From an uncultured virus (IMG/VR IMGVR_UViG_3300025018_003789) (Duplodnaviria > Heunggongvirae > Uroviricota > Caudoviricetes), in the IMG/VR virus record IMGVR_UViG_3300025018_003789: DNA of 64,000 nt; one strand, written 5' to 3'. Below, piece by piece: positions 20,245 through 30,793 of this stretch; position 1 is the stretch's first letter, and each line of letters begins with the position of its first letter. Under the pieces are notes generated by a model, which was not told the DNA's origin, did not search any database, and saw only the letters and a program-made list of their open reading frames with translations. Position numbers and translations under genes: made by a program.

Positions 20245-20717
20245 TTCGGTTCAAACCAAAGGGTAACGAACAGATAAATCTGATCGCCATCTTTAGTGCC
20301 GTTACCGTTTTCATGACCACAGATAGAGAAGGCTACCTTCTTCTGCTTGAACCCATTAGCATCCTTGAGGAGTTCACTGGCAAGGTAATCAACTCGATTC
20401 TTATTTGGGTGATAAAAAGCGAGTGGGTGAATACGCATCACACGGCTGATACGCCAATCACTTGGGTAAGAGTTATAGATGCGTTCAAGATCGCTTTGAG
20501 ATACGCAACGCTTGAGGTTATCATACTGGGCAAGACCCATACGGGCGAGGGTAAGATCAGCAGTTGGAACTACCTTCTCGGCAATTTCGTGGGGCTGAAC
20601 AGGATCGTCAATGTCAAATAGACTGACACTTGCTTGTGCAGCCATCTGCTTGATAAGATCAAATCTTGCCTCGGTGGGCGAAATCTGCTGCATTGGAATT
20701 GGACATGCGTTTGTCAT
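20241..20717 (-). CDS. Hypothetical protein
   Basis: Class I module plus AAGGAG RBS. Confidence 0.65.
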   Translation of the reverse strand: MTNACPIPMQQISPTEARFDLIKQMAAQASVSLFDIDDPVQPHEIAEKVVPTADLTLARMGLAQYDNLKRCVSQSDLERIYNSYPSDWRISRVMRIHPLAFYHPNKNRVDYLASELLKDANGFKQKKVAFSICGHENGNGTKDGDQIYLFVTLWFEPK

Positions 20718-20773
20718 AGGTGTTGCTCCTTGATTGAATTTATTGTTCGTAGGTTTGTGGTCAGGTGTTTCGG

Positions 20774-21271
20774 TTAGCTCTCATCTTCACCGAACAATTC
20801 TTTCATAACTTGGTCAGGGTTACGTTTTTCAAAACCATCTTCTGTCCTTCTCTTTTTGATTTCTTTTTCCACCTTGTCCTTTTGTTCCTTAGCCTTCTTT
20901 GTAATCTCATTAAAGAGGGATTGAAGGGGATTTTTGATGGCTTCCATTTTTTCTTCGGCTTTCTTTCTCTCTTCACGGTCTTCACGAAACGACATCTTTG
21001 CTTCGTTTATGACGTGCTTGAGCAATGCCTTACGAACATAATGGCAATTGAGATAGCGAAGGGGCGGAATGTTCTCGAAACGCCACTTATTATAATCTTC
21101 TGCATGAGGACATTCTTCCTCAGTTACAAAAACTATAATTGGAGTTTCAAGTTCTGTTGCAGCTGTATATTCTCCATCAGTTGGTCCACGGTTTACAATA
21201 AATATGGGGTCTGATTCGAGAATGTTGATTTCTTCTTCTTGTTCTTTATCAGTATTGTTCATCAGTTTCAC
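20774..21271 (-). CDS. Hypothetical protein
   Basis: Class II promoter upstream; stop TAA lies in GAGCTAAC. Confidence 0.6.
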   Translation of the reverse strand: MKLMNNTDKEQEEEINILESDPIFIVNRGPTDGEYTAATELETPIIVFVTEEECPHAEDYNKWRFENIPPLRYLNCHYVRKALLKHVINEAKMSFREDREERKKAEEKMEAIKNPLQSLFNEITKKAKEQKDKVEKEIKKRRTEDGFEKRNPDQVMKELFGEDES

Positions 21272-21330
21272 CTTTTGAGTCTGTATTTCTTCTATCCTGA
21301 ATGATTGTGCATTGCAAGTGAAAAGGCCAG

Positions 21331-21359
21331 AAAAGGGGGAGAGAATCCCTCCCCCAAAA
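21331..21359 (-). terminator. Intrinsic terminator
   Basis: GGGGGAG..CTCCCCC stem followed by T-run on minus strand. Confidence 0.65.
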
Positions 21360-21361
21360 GG

Positions 21362-21741
21362 TTAGGCTTCGACCAATTCCTCCTCGGTATTCTCAGAGGG
21401 GACTCCAGAGTCCACCGTGAGTTCATCGCCGTCAACAGCAAAGACGATGAGGCTTTCACGACGATTGTCCTTGGAATCATTGAAAGGAATGGAGAGCGTT
21501 AGAATTCCCGTTTCCTTGTCAATCACCGTCTTCTTGGGATTGGCGGTAAAGACACGACTTGGAGTGGCGTCAGGCTTACGATGTCCACCACGTTTTCCAA
21601 CGGGGCGAGTTACGATCTTGACCTTACGAATACCATTTTGATCGTTGTAAGGGACTTCGTAATCGGCAGTATCATCACCATTGTCCTTGATCTTCTTGGC
21701 GACGAATTCCTTACCAGGGTGGTATCCTTTGTCCTTGCCAT
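21362..21741 (-). CDS. Hypothetical protein with 1-nt frameshift near start (not in ORF track)
   Basis: AAGGAG-ATG at 21741; adding one A after ATG GCA gives a 126-aa open frame (KDKGYHPGKEF...EELVEA). Confidence 0.6.
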
Positions 21742-21770
21742 AGTGTGGCTCCTTTTCTTTGGAAGATGGG

Positions 21771-22142
21771 TTATTGTCCCAGAAGGGATGTTTCGGTTAG
21801 CTCGACGAAAGAGAAAGGGTGGAACATTCCTACCTTATGGTAAATGATTTCCTTGGCTTCATCCGTAGCGTTTTGACGAACCAAATCATCAAAGGTTGAT
21901 CCGTCTTCAAGTTTTTCGTCACGAAGGATTTCCAGAAAGAACCAAGGAGTCCTGTTGGCTTCGGCTTTTGCCATTGCCCGATTGACAACCTTCTCCTCTT
22001 CTGATTCATGAGGAAACATTGGAAAGCCATCGGAAAGGGCATGGTAGATTTCATTCTTTGCCAAGTTAATGGCGTTTTCCTGTTGCTCTTTTGTGAGTTC
22101 ATCAAACGTGAGTAACTCATCAATGATTTCTTGCTTGTTCAT
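21771..22142 (-). CDS. Hypothetical protein
   Basis: AAGGAG RBS; LLTFDELTKEQQENAI motif. Confidence 0.65.
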   Translation of the reverse strand: MNKQEIIDELLTFDELTKEQQENAINLAKNEIYHALSDGFPMFPHESEEEKVVNRAMAKAEANRTPWFFLEILRDEKLEDGSTFDDLVRQNATDEAKEIIYHKVGMFHPFSFVELTETSLLGQ

Positions 22143-22154
22143 TTGAATTTCTCC

Positions 22155-22589
22155 TTACTTCAAAATGTATTTGAGTTGCATGAAACGCTCACCAAGATCG
22201 AGAACGTTTCTGATGTTTTTCCAGAAAGAAAGCATTTCTTCTTCCGACATTGTTTCAAAATGCTTCTCGGAATAGTCAACGAAATTGGGAGCACCAATAT
22301 TGGGATTGGTGATGCGATCAATAGAGTCATTGCAATGGTCAACTACAATAACCTTGTCCTGATCACGATTGGTGAAACCAATGCAACCACAGCAGAAACG
22401 ACCAAAGCGAAGGTCTTGAACGCTTGAGGTTCGTTTGGATTCTTTCCGAATGAAAAGATGGGAGTGAGGTTCATACTCATCATGCAAATCATTGACCGCC
22501 TGATCTGCTTCGGCGATAGTGAGGCATTGAACTGACTTGATGACTTGCTTACTGAGGTTGTCATAAACTTCAACTACAATCATTTTCAT
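22155..22589 (-). CDS. Hypothetical protein
   Basis: Class I module plus RBS. Confidence 0.65.
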   Translation of the reverse strand: MKMIVVEVYDNLSKQVIKSVQCLTIAEADQAVNDLHDEYEPHSHLFIRKESKRTSSVQDLRFGRFCCGCIGFTNRDQDKVIVVDHCNDSIDRITNPNIGAPNFVDYSEKHFETMSEEEMLSFWKNIRNVLDLGERFMQLKYILK

Positions 22590-22639
22590 TTCTCCTTGTT
22601 GGTATAATTTGTAAGTGGTGGTGGCTTGTTTCGGTTAGC

Positions 22640-23185
22640 TCAGTGTTCGTGTTCACCTTCTTTGCCACAAACAGAGCAAGTGCCTTGTCCGCTGAAAACA
22701 GAACACAATAATTCACATCCTTCTTGGCGCTCGTCGAACATGAGTTGCATCATAATGTCTGCTTGATATTCATCGTCGCCGGGATAATTTCCGTTGATGT
22801 CGGGAACAACGAATTGAATCATGCGGAGGTCATCACGAGGATAGCCAAATGCTTGAGCGAACCAGTCCTGATAGTTTGAGGAATCTACTTCTACTACCTT
22901 GACCTTATATCCAAGGGCAAGGATGCCATCGTAAAGTTGACCAGCCTCAAAACGAAAACCATTCTTGATTTTCTCAACGGCAATGGAAATGATCTTATGG
23001 GCAGATTCTTGATTGATCGTTATGCAAGACATTGCGATTTCAGGAGCATCGTACTCGTCAACCAATCCAACGGTATAGTAGTGGATGCTGGGAACGCCAG
23101 TGGCAATCCACCCAGACTCCTTGATTCTTTCGTTGAGTATTTCGTGTGCAAACTTTTTCATATTGGTGTGCTTTGTGCCAGCCAA
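22640..23185 (-). CDS. DUF4262 family protein
   Basis: YYTVGL....PEIAM; QFVVPD.NG.YP pattern. Confidence 0.7.
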   Translation of the reverse strand: MAGTKHTNMKKFAHEILNERIKESGWIATGVPSIHYYTVGLVDEYDAPEIAMSCITINQESAHKIISIAVEKIKNGFRFEAGQLYDGILALGYKVKVVEVDSSNYQDWFAQAFGYPRDDLRMIQFVVPDINGNYPGDDEYQADIMMQLMFDERQEGCELLCSVFSGQGTCSVCGKEGEHEH

Positions 23186-23195
23186 GTAGTGTTGT

Positions 23196-23621
23196 TTATC
23201 GTTCAGATGGAAGCATCAGAACTGGGAGAACGGTTTCCTTGCCATTGACTCCAGCGACACCAGGTTCAGCATAAAAATTGAACCCTTCATCATCAAGAGG
23301 GAAGTCAGTGTAAGGGATTTTCTGAGTAATAACGGGATCATCCGTATCACGAGAGCAGATGAGGATAGCGGAGTGTTCACCCTCACCTTCAGGGTCTTTC
23401 TTAAGTTCCCAGAGTTGAAACTCACGAAGCATTGGGTCTTTCTTTACTTCAGGTTGATGTGAGGCAATAGCGTCAATGAGCCAAAAGCAATTGGCTCTTT
23501 CACGGAGCCAGCAAACGCCAGAGGTAAGGAAAAGGTTTTTCATCAAACCATGAAGGACATAGCCTTCGGTTCCGTAATGATTCCTTGCTTCTTGCTTGAG
23601 TAGTTCAGCGGTCAATTCCAT
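23196..23621 (-). CDS. DUF6876 family protein
   Basis: LTSGV.WL.E.A.CFWLIDAIAS; FQLWEL; Q.IPYTDFPL; LMLPSE. Confidence 0.75.
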   Translation of the reverse strand: MELTAELLKQEARNHYGTEGYVLHGLMKNLFLTSGVCWLRERANCFWLIDAIASHQPEVKKDPMLREFQLWELKKDPEGEGEHSAILICSRDTDDPVITQKIPYTDFPLDDEGFNFYAEPGVAGVNGKETVLPVLMLPSER

Positions 23622-23624
23622 TTG

Positions 23625-23999
23625 TCATTCTCCTTGTTGATATATTTTGTAAGTGATGGAAGATTCAGTTTCATCGGGTAAGTGAATTCCTTCACCCTCT
23701 TTCATTGCTAAAGTTTTGAGGACAAAGGAAGCATCTTTCTTGGTTTTCCATCCAAGAGGAACACGGGCGTTGCGCATAGGAGCCTTTGCCCGAGGATGCT
23801 CTACACGAGAGCGGATGCGAGTGATAACGGTAGCGGAAACTCCATCAGCCTTAGCAACAATGTGCCATCCGGGATTGATAGAATCACCAGAGACATAAGC
23901 CTCACGATAAATCCTCCCTTTCCCGTCTTTATGAGGAGTTTCAAGGGTAACAATGTTCCCTGAATCTTTTGCTTCACGATATGAGATTAAACGGGCCAT
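23625..23999 (-). CDS. Hypothetical protein
   Basis: ORF in operon with AAGGA RBS. Confidence 0.55.
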   Translation of the reverse strand: MARLISYREAKDSGNIVTLETPHKDGKGRIYREAYVSGDSINPGWHIVAKADGVSATVITRIRSRVEHPRAKAPMRNARVPLGWKTKKDASFVLKTLAMKEGEGIHLPDETESSITYKIYQQGE

Positions 24000-24181
24000 T
24001 GTTCGATCCTTTCAAGTGTTACAATGTTACTACCTTTATCGTCGAAAAGGTGGGCTTTTTTGTGATTGTGATCCCAATCGATGATCAGTTTAGCAATCCA
24101 CGGGGAAGCATACTGAAGCCCCCAATTTCCATTGGAAAGAATGCGTTCAATATTTCGTCTGTTGTTGATTGTGATTAGCAT
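23987..24181 (-). CDS. Hypothetical protein
   Basis: Hairpin-RBS leader upstream. Confidence 0.6.
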   Translation of the reverse strand: MLITINNRRNIERILSNGNWGLQYASPWIAKLIIDWDHNHKKAHLFDDKGSNIVTLERIEQWPV

Positions 24182-24241
24182 GTTAGAACCCTTTCGTTCT
24201 GTGGAATAATTGTAAAGAGGCTAGACTATGTTTCGCCTAGC

Positions 24242-24541
24242 TCAGGCAGGATTCAATTCCTCAACAAATCCCATTTCCTTTATCTGATCCTTTATATCGG
24301 GTGTAATCCCGATATTGTAAGCGGCATCAGCAAAGGCGAGAGATAAGGTTTCACCCTTACCCATAACTCCACCAGTAAATTCCTCAAAGACAACGAAATC
24401 ACTTTCCTTATGTTGATGACCATGAAGTGTAATATCAGAAACATAATGAGTTTCTAACACTTCAACTTCTTCTTTACGCCAAATAGGTCCTGGACCAAGA
24501 GTCATAAAGGTATGGATGTTGATTCGCATGTTCTTTTTCAT
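24242..24541 (-). CDS. Hypothetical protein
   Basis: AAGGAG RBS; stop TGA overlaps class I motif. Confidence 0.6.
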   Translation of the reverse strand: MKKNMRINIHTFMTLGPGPIWRKEEVEVLETHYVSDITLHGHQHKESDFVVFEEFTGGVMGKGETLSLAFADAAYNIGITPDIKDQIKEMGFVEELNPA

Positions 24542-24553
24542 GGTACGATCTCC

Positions 24554-25033
24554 TTAAAATACTGAGTTGCAACGGTAATATTCAATTGCGTTATCAATAG
24601 CGCATTGCATAAGTTCTTCTTTTGTGTCGCCGTCATGATCCTCATTGTTATAGGTTGTAACACCATAAGAATCAAAGTTATAAGGATTTTTTTCGGGGTC
24701 AAAGGAGTAGCAATGATAGTAGGAAACGAGACAATCGACACAAGCATCACCTTCCATCATAAGATTGTCAATTTCTTCTGCAATTTCTTCTGCAATGTCA
24801 TCGGGAACGTCATCAATTGCATAGTCACAGACATGACCAAGGAAGTGACATTCAAAGGAAGGGGTCAACTCGCAACAATGAACATGCACGTTGTTATCGT
24901 AAGCATAGGCACTGTAAATTGCGGAGATAAAGGGGCGAAGTTTTTCAGGGATACTCCAATCATCCATGTTATTCTTAATACGGACATAACGGACATCTGA
25001 AGTGTATTCAATTCGATTGAGTTGTTCTGGCAT
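24554..25033 (-). CDS. Acidic hypothetical protein
   Basis: Class I module plus hairpin RBS; HCCELTPS motif. Confidence 0.7.
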   Translation of the reverse strand: MPEQLNRIEYTSDVRYVRIKNNMDDWSIPEKLRPFISAIYSAYAYDNNVHVHCCELTPSFECHFLGHVCDYAIDDVPDDIAEEIAEEIDNLMMEGDACVDCLVSYYHCYSFDPEKNPYNFDSYGVTTYNNEDHDGDTKEELMQCAIDNAIEYYRCNSVF

Positions 25034-25095
25034 GATAAGAACCCTTTCGTTCTCTTGGAATAACCTTACATTTTGTATCTTATGTTTCGGTTAGC

Positions 25096-25331
25096 TCAGT
25101 CTTTATCTTCTTCCAAATCATATCCTTCAAAGCGGCATTCCTCACCATCACAAAGGAATTCGACCATAACACATGTTCCTCTGGTATTTTTTTCCATTCC
25201 AAAACCACCACGGACTTTCACACGTCGGTATTTGGCATCTTGGAATTCTGGTTTCAAAAGAGAAGCCTTTACTCTCAGTATCTCACCATCTTTCAATTCT
25301 CTTCCAAGTCTCTTCCAAGTGCATTCGCCAT
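25096..25331 (-). pseudogene. Small gene frameshifted by 11-nt tandem duplication
   Basis: TCTCTTCCAAG twice at 25298-25319; removing one copy gives MANALGRELKDGE... 74 aa. Confidence 0.55.
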
Positions 25332-25657
25332 CAAACTGTCTCCTTTGGTAAACTGTCAGCCTTACGCTGCCATGCTTCATCGGTCGGTTCATCAATCATA
25401 CCTAACCGATGGTAAATTTCAAGGTAGTAGTCTCTTGCTCCACGACAAAGGCGAGTATGTTCCTGATCTATCTTCTCATCAGGTCCACCACCTTTTGAAC
25501 CGTGACAGAGTTGCTGAGACTTGAGCAACGTCCTTTGGATCACTGTGTTAGCAAGGCCGGAATCTTGCCAATGACCTCTTTCATTCTTCTTGAAAGGACA
25601 GGTCGCACAACAAGCCTTTTGAGGTTTGAGTCCATCAATAGACTTCATGCCAGCCAC
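25331..25657 (-). CDS. Cys/His-rich hypothetical protein
   Basis: CATCPFKK...LCH...LCRGA. Confidence 0.65.
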   Translation of the reverse strand: MAGMKSIDGLKPQKACCATCPFKKNERGHWQDSGLANTVIQRTLLKSQQLCHGSKGGGPDEKIDQEHTRLCRGARDYYLEIYHRLGMIDEPTDEAWQRKADSLPKETV

Positions 25658-25846
25658 CTAATTGCCTTCCTTTAGTTTCTTGACGTAGCGTTCCAGTGCT
25701 TCAATCACTGCTGGTTCAAGATAGATTGTATTCCCATCAGTCTTCAGTACAATTTGATATCCATCAAAGTCAGCATAGACACCATCGCCGAGATAAGATT
25801 TGTAATCAGGTCTGTAATCAGGTCTGGGTTCAGATTCCTGCGGCAT
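25658..25846 (-). CDS. Conserved small phage protein
   Basis: YLGDGVYADFDGYQIVL..NTIYLEP motif; AAGGAGG RBS. Confidence 0.7.
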   Translation of the reverse strand: MPQESEPRPDYRPDYKSYLGDGVYADFDGYQIVLKTDGNTIYLEPAVIEALERYVKKLKEGN

Positions 25847-25868
25847 CTTCTACCTCCTTGAGAATCAT

Positions 25869-26027
25869 TTAAATGTGTTTGTTGCGATCACTGCGCTTGT
25901 CTGCACGAATGGCACTGCGAGTAGTTGGACGTGAACGGTTTCCACGCTTAGGAATTTCATCCTCCCAGCGTTTGGTCATGTGTCCATTTTTCCCCACAGA
26001 GGAACGCTTCTTAGATTTCCTTGCCAT
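25869..26027 (-). CDS. Small basic protein
   Basis: AAGGAG RBS, Arg/Lys-rich. Confidence 0.5.
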   Translation of the reverse strand: MARKSKKRSSVGKNGHMTKRWEDEIPKRGNRSRPTTRSAIRADKRSDRNKHI

Positions 26028-26087
26028 GACATTTCTCCTTACAAAAAGTAAGTGAGGGAGACACCGTGTTGACATCTCCCTTAATTG

Positions 26088-27197
26088 TTAGGCGTCAACC
26101 GTTTTGCTGTCGCCTTGCTTCTCTTCTACGTTAGTGCTTGGGACATCAGCACCGAGTTCGTAACAACGCCACTGAGGAGTTGTTGGCAATTCCTCGAAAC
26201 TATACTCACCAGACTTGAGTTTTTCAATAGCGTCAGGAGAGAAGTCATAGTCAGAGTCATCAGAGAATTTGACAGTGAAGTTGACACTGCCATATTCAAA
26301 CGAATTGCCGTTGGCTTCCTCGATCTCGCCATACATACGAGCGATGAACAAGTCCTCAACAAGACTCAATTCCGTTTCACGGATCAAGTCATACAGTTCG
26401 TTGATCTCCTTGGTAAGCACCATATACTCAGCCTCTTCTTTGTAAACATCGGCTAGAGTAGAGGGAATGGGACTCTTCCCATTGGCAGGAATCGCAAAGT
26501 CACCAATCAAAGAGACCTGCTTGTTCTCTTGAACGATTCGTTCCTTGGGAATAGGATTGCCATCCTTGTCCACCATCTTATCGGTAGTTCCCTGAAGGCG
26601 ACGAAGTTCATACTTGATACCGTTTTCGGTAAAGTTATGATTGGAAGTGGTATCAAGAATCTGACGACCCTTTGAACGACGGTTCGAGAGATACTTCTTG
26701 CGCTTTTCAAGTTCAGTCAACTTCTGCTTGCGCTCGACAAAGAGTTTGATCCCTTTGCTGTCCTGTGGAGCAGCAGCCCAAAAGCGACGGTTACGAAGGT
26801 CAACAGTCACCCACTTGCCGCCAACATAGGCTTCGATTTCGTCAATCAAAAGATCAACAGGGAAGCGGAAGAAGATGAAGGTTCGCCAGTCAAATCGTTC
26901 AAAGGGAAGTTTACGACCATCGTCGACAACCTGAGTATGTCCCTTGGAAATGACACGAGTTGCCTTGTCGAGAAGTCGGAACAAACCATGATGGCTGGTT
27001 TTGGAAGTGTCAAAGCCAAACATCTGAGAGGTAGCCTTGGCATCCTTCTTGACAGCAGTAGTCAAGACGTTGACTTCGCCTGAAGTCTCAAAGATTTCGG
27101 CACGACGCTTGAAGCGAACGTGTTGAGCCTTGCGAGCGATTTCCTTGAGGACTTCAGAAACCGGAGTGAGGGAGTTGATTTCAAGTTTGTTTGTCAT
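26088..27197 (-). CDS. Hypothetical protein (369 aa)
   Basis: Class I module; biased codon usage; hairpin 26056-26081 downstream. Confidence 0.75.
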   Translation of the reverse strand: MTNKLEINSLTPVSEVLKEIARKAQHVRFKRRAEIFETSGEVNVLTTAVKKDAKATSQMFGFDTSKTSHHGLFRLLDKATRVISKGHTQVVDDGRKLPFERFDWRTFIFFRFPVDLLIDEIEAYVGGKWVTVDLRNRRFWAAAPQDSKGIKLFVERKQKLTELEKRKKYLSNRRSKGRQILDTTSNHNFTENGIKYELRRLQGTTDKMVDKDGNPIPKERIVQENKQVSLIGDFAIPANGKSPIPSTLADVYKEEAEYMVLTKEINELYDLIRETELSLVEDLFIARMYGEIEEANGNSFEYGSVNFTVKFSDDSDYDFSPDAIEKLKSGEYSFEELPTTPQWRCYELGADVPSTNVEEKQGDSKTVDA

Positions 27198-27253
27198 AAT
27201 GAGAAACCTTTCGTTCTGTGGAATAATTGTAGGTGATTCGTGTGTTGTTTCAG

Positions 27254-27577
27254 TTAGCTCGCCATTGCCATTGATTCCTGAACCTGATCAATCAGGTCAA
27301 GAGCAACGTCTTTCAATTCTTCATTGGTTGAGAAGTGAGCGATTGAGGAGGCTCCCCAATAACCACGATGGTCTTGATCATAGTCGGAAATTCCTGTCCG
27401 TAAACACCATGACCCGTCTTCATAGACTTGAAGGCGAACGTCACCTGAATAGGTGAGTTCTTCTGGATACTCTCCGTCAACCTTGGGATTTTCTTCACCA
27501 AAGTTTGCCTTGAGATAGTTTCTCTCTTTACGGAGATCGTTGAAAACTTGCGTCTTGCTTGGCGTCTTTACTTTCAT
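27254..27577 (-). CDS. Hypothetical phage protein
   Basis: DVRLQV..DGSW....G.SDYDQDHRGYWGASS motif; stop within class I motif. Confidence 0.7.
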   Translation of the reverse strand: MKVKTPSKTQVFNDLRKERNYLKANFGEENPKVDGEYPEELTYSGDVRLQVYEDGSWCLRTGISDYDQDHRGYWGASSIAHFSTNEELKDVALDLIDQVQESMAMAS

Positions 27578-27633
27578 GTCAGAACCCTTTCGCTCTGTTG
27601 GAATAACCTTACATTTCTTGTCCTACGTTTTCG

Positions 27634-27813
27634 TTAGCTCATGAATTCCTGAGCCTTACTCTTGGGAATGATGTGAGTTTGTCCCTTGTAAAAACCTTCT
27701 GTCGTTATGACGATTGTATATTTTGTATCTGACTCATCAACAACATCCCCTTGAAGGATAAGGGATTCTGGAATGTCAACCAAGTCCTTCTGATTCCATC
27801 TGACTTTTTTCAT
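27634..27813 (-). CDS. Small hypothetical protein
   Basis: GAAAGG RBS; stop within class I motif. Confidence 0.55.
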   Translation of the reverse strand: MKKVRWNQKDLVDIPESLILQGDVVDESDTKYTIVITTEGFYKGQTHIIPKSKAQEFMS

Positions 27814-27878
27814 AGTATCACAACCTTTCTGGATGTCAAGGGAATTGGCCATTTCATAGAAACTAAACAGTGGTAAAA

Positions 27879-28172
27879 TCATCTTGGGTCAACCAGAAGT
27901 TCACAACGGTCAACCTCTACGAAACCGGAGGAAGCCTTTTCCTTGGATTCAGAGATGATCCCAGCATCCACAAGGGCAGACAGGACGCCAGTGTTTTCGG
28001 AATAGTCCTTGATGAAAACTTCACCTTCTCCCAATTCGTCATCAGGGAGGTTGACGGTAGCCGTTGCATAAGGGCAACCAAATTCATCCATCAAGCGGAT
28101 GGCTGTACGACCATTGGGATACTTCCCAAAAACTACGTTGAGGTTTTCACCACGAAACTTGACTTTTTTCAT
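27879..28172 (-). CDS. DUF4313-like protein
   Basis: Y.NGRTAI.L...G.PYATATVNLP...FIKDYSEN.G...L..AGII. Confidence 0.65.
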   Translation of the reverse strand: MKKVKFRGENLNVVFGKYPNGRTAIRLMDEFGCPYATATVNLPDDELGEGEVFIKDYSENTGVLSALVDAGIISESKEKASSGFVEVDRCELLVDPR

Positions 28173-28228
28173 AACATGAACCCTTTCGTTCCGTGTGATA
28201 AGACTATTGGAGAGAGGTTGTGTTTCGA

Positions 28229-28576
28229 TTAGCTCAGGGAAATTCCTACGATAATATGATCGTAATCGTAACTTCCATCCCTTCCACAAGTGGGATCGAA
28301 GGGATAACGAATCACAATCCCAGAGAAAAAGGAATCAGTCTGATACCCTTGCCACTTTCGCCAAGGATGCTCATCAGGCAACGTTGAAGTAGTCATGAAC
28401 TCATGGACATCATAAATCTGTCCCTTGTAACGGAAGAAATCTGTGCCACGTTCATCAGGAACTTTGATGTAATCCAATCCTTCCCGCTCCTTGTCAGTCA
28501 ATTCATGCCACATAAGGAGTTCACGGGGAACGTTGTTTGTTTTGATTGTGATACCTTCATAAGCGGTGTCAGCCAT
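28229..28576 (-). CDS. Hypothetical phage protein
   Basis: IKTNNVPR; FFRYKGQIYD..EF; W.GYQTDSFFSG. Confidence 0.7.
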   Translation of the reverse strand: MADTAYEGITIKTNNVPRELLMWHELTDKEREGLDYIKVPDERGTDFFRYKGQIYDVHEFMTTSTLPDEHPWRKWQGYQTDSFFSGIVIRYPFDPTCGRDGSYDYDHIIVGISLS

Positions 28577-28637
28577 TTTGAAACCCTTTCGTTTCATTGG
28601 AATAACTATACAATTTGTATCTTATGTAAGCGTTAGC

Positions 28638-29212
28638 TCAGCCAATACCGAGGGCTTTATTCAATCGGGGACTGATCCAATTGTGCAGGGTTGAGAACGC
28701 TCGCTTTTCTGCTTCATCCTGTGCCGCATGAATATCCTTATGAGTGGCGAAACATTCCTCGATCAATTCACCGGAGGAGAAAGAGCGAATGGTTGCCTGA
28801 TGATCACCCTCAGAGTTTTTGACTGTTCTCAGGGTCAAGATAGGATCATGAAAGCCATTAGGAACAAGGTAACGGTCGGAAACACCATCTTGCTCAACAG
28901 ACCAGTCACCGAGATTGTTCCACTGTTCCTTTACGTCGTCAATGCCATCGATCCCCTTATGGGACACAATAACGTTGATCTTATTCTCATTGATGTATTT
29001 AATGGACAGATGGGTAGACACTGCCAAGCGGATGTTGTAAGGAATGTTGTGATCGGAAAGAAGATCAATAGCACAAGCGCAAGGAGGGGAAACATAGGTG
29101 TTCCCATTCATTTGGATGGTGATGACAGGATAACCAGTCTTGTGCTTATATGTTTGAGAACAATAATCCCATTCAATGCGCCTTCAAACTTTACGTCAAT
29201 GATTTCAACCAT
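28638..29212 (-). CDS. Hypothetical protein with 1-nt frameshift near 29181
   Basis: RBS hairpin and ATG at 29212; one added base joins MVEIIDVKFEG to RIEWDYCSQ... and ORF 28638-29111. Confidence 0.55.
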
Positions 29213-29290
29213 GATAAGGCTCCTTTGCCTGATATGATTTGTAAGAAGAGGAAAGGTGAGTCAGTTAGCTCACCCTCCGATGCCAGCCAG

Positions 29291-29854
29291 TTAATCACTT
29301 AGAATAAGAGGCATACCCATCTTGCTGATTTCAAGAGCAAGCATCAGTTCAGCAGCCTGTTCAGATTCATGTTCATCCTTGGCACGAACGTTCAAGAGAC
29401 GATAGAATTGACCATCAGGATGGAGAAGGTTGAAGGCAAAGTCTTTCACGCCACGGGATTCCTGTCCAAGAAAACGAAGGCGAGTTTGCATTGCTTCGAT
29501 TCGTCCTTCATCAAGACGGAGAGCATAGCGAGGGACTTCACTGTGAACAAAGTCACGCTTTCCACCCCAACTTGAGAAACCCATAGGCTTACAAAGAGTA
29601 ATCGTTTCGGAACCGGGATCATAAATGAAATCCCCAACGCTCATGGAACGAACCTTGAATCCTTGACGATGCCATTCTTCGGCATGAGCAGGATTATTCC
29701 CAGCACGATCAAAGATTTCATTGTCGGAAACCCAATCGTCGAATTGAGCGACAGCCTTGTAATCATGACCCTCAATGAGGTTGCCCTTTTGAGCAGCATT
29801 GTGAGCCGTAAAGAAGTCAACTTCATAGGGATTGAATTGGAAGAGAAAACGCAT
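29291..29854 (-). CDS. YodL-like domain protein
   Basis: EIF...N...RSMSVGD.I...C.PMGF signature. Confidence 0.6.
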   Translation of the reverse strand: MRFLFQFNPYEVDFFTAHNAAQKGNLIEGHDYKAVAQFDDWVSDNEIFDRAGNNPAHAEEWHRQGFKVRSMSVGDFIYDPGSETITLCKPMGFSSWGGKRDFVHSEVPRYALRLDEGRIEAMQTRLRFLGQESRGVKDFAFNLLHPDGQFYRLLNVRAKDEHESEQAAELMLALEISKMGMPLILSD

Positions 29855-29905
29855 TGTCAGAACCCTTTCGTTCTTGAGATAATACTACTTGTTTATTCGG
29901 TTGAT

Positions 29906-30172
29906 TCAGTTAGCTCTGGGAGGACGGGTTAGGATGTCAACAATGTCTTCCTCTTCCCCTTTGTCCCTGAGATACTGTCGATGTTCTTCTGTGTTCTTTT
30001 CAAAGTCAGCAAACAAAGGATTCTCTTTGTCACCATCCCATTTACTTATTTCAATAGCACACTCACGACAATAGTAAGCGTCCATTGCTTGGTTGTAATA
30101 CAGTGCTGGAGGGCGCTGGCAGGCACTACGGTTGCACGATTCCCCTTTCTTACCTTTGTCTTCTTTATTCAT
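29906..30172 (-). CDS. Cys-rich hypothetical phage protein
   Basis: KG..G.SCNRSACQ.PPA.YYN....YYC.ECA..I. Confidence 0.7.
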   Translation of the reverse strand: MNKEDKGKKGESCNRSACQRPPALYYNQAMDAYYCRECAIEISKWDGDKENPLFADFEKNTEEHRQYLRDKGEEEDIVDILTRPPRAN

Positions 30173-30337
30173 AAGCCTTTTGCCCTTTCACTAGAGTAAC
30201 AACAAGATCACCTTTATGATACTGGTTAGAATGTCCAAGGCATTCCTTTGCTGCACCAATGCCATCAAGACCAAAGATGTCCTTGCCGACAAGTTTATTG
30301 CCGACAAAGACGTTGAAGTAAAGAGGTTGTGGCATGA

Positions 30338-30793
30338 TTAGCCTTCCTTGTAAAGATGCTCATTGATGAGAAAGAAACGGATGGCAGACTTGATTGAAAT
30401 GTTTTCAGTCTCTCGCCATTCACCATTGAATTGAAATTCAACAGTCAAAGCGTGGAAATTGAATTCACCATTGTCGAAAACCTGCGATGGATTTAAGGTG
30501 TAACGGTATTGATGGGTTGCAGGTTTGCCGTCTCGCCAAAGAGTATGTTCAACCAATCCAGAATCAATACGCTTGACGGGAGGAATGGCAATCACTTGAC
30601 CGTTCTTCTGTTCGGTAGGCTTCCATCCACACTCACGAGTTGACTTATGACGGACAAGAGACATTTCTCTATCGAATTGAGCAAGAGTGACCTTACGACC
30701 TGTTGAGATCATACGTCCCTCTTTGCCCTTCTTTGCCCACGTTGCGTGAAGAGCACCGTCACCTGATGAATAGATATTGAGTTGTTCTGGCAT
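30338..30793 (-). CDS. Hypothetical protein
   Basis: Class I module plus hairpin RBS; shares MPEQLN start with 24554-25033. Confidence 0.7.
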   Translation of the reverse strand: MPEQLNIYSSGDGALHATWAKKGKEGRMISTGRKVTLAQFDREMSLVRHKSTRECGWKPTEQKNGQVIAIPPVKRIDSGLVEHTLWRDGKPATHQYRYTLNPSQVFDNGEFNFHALTVEFQFNGEWRETENISIKSAIRFFLINEHLYKEG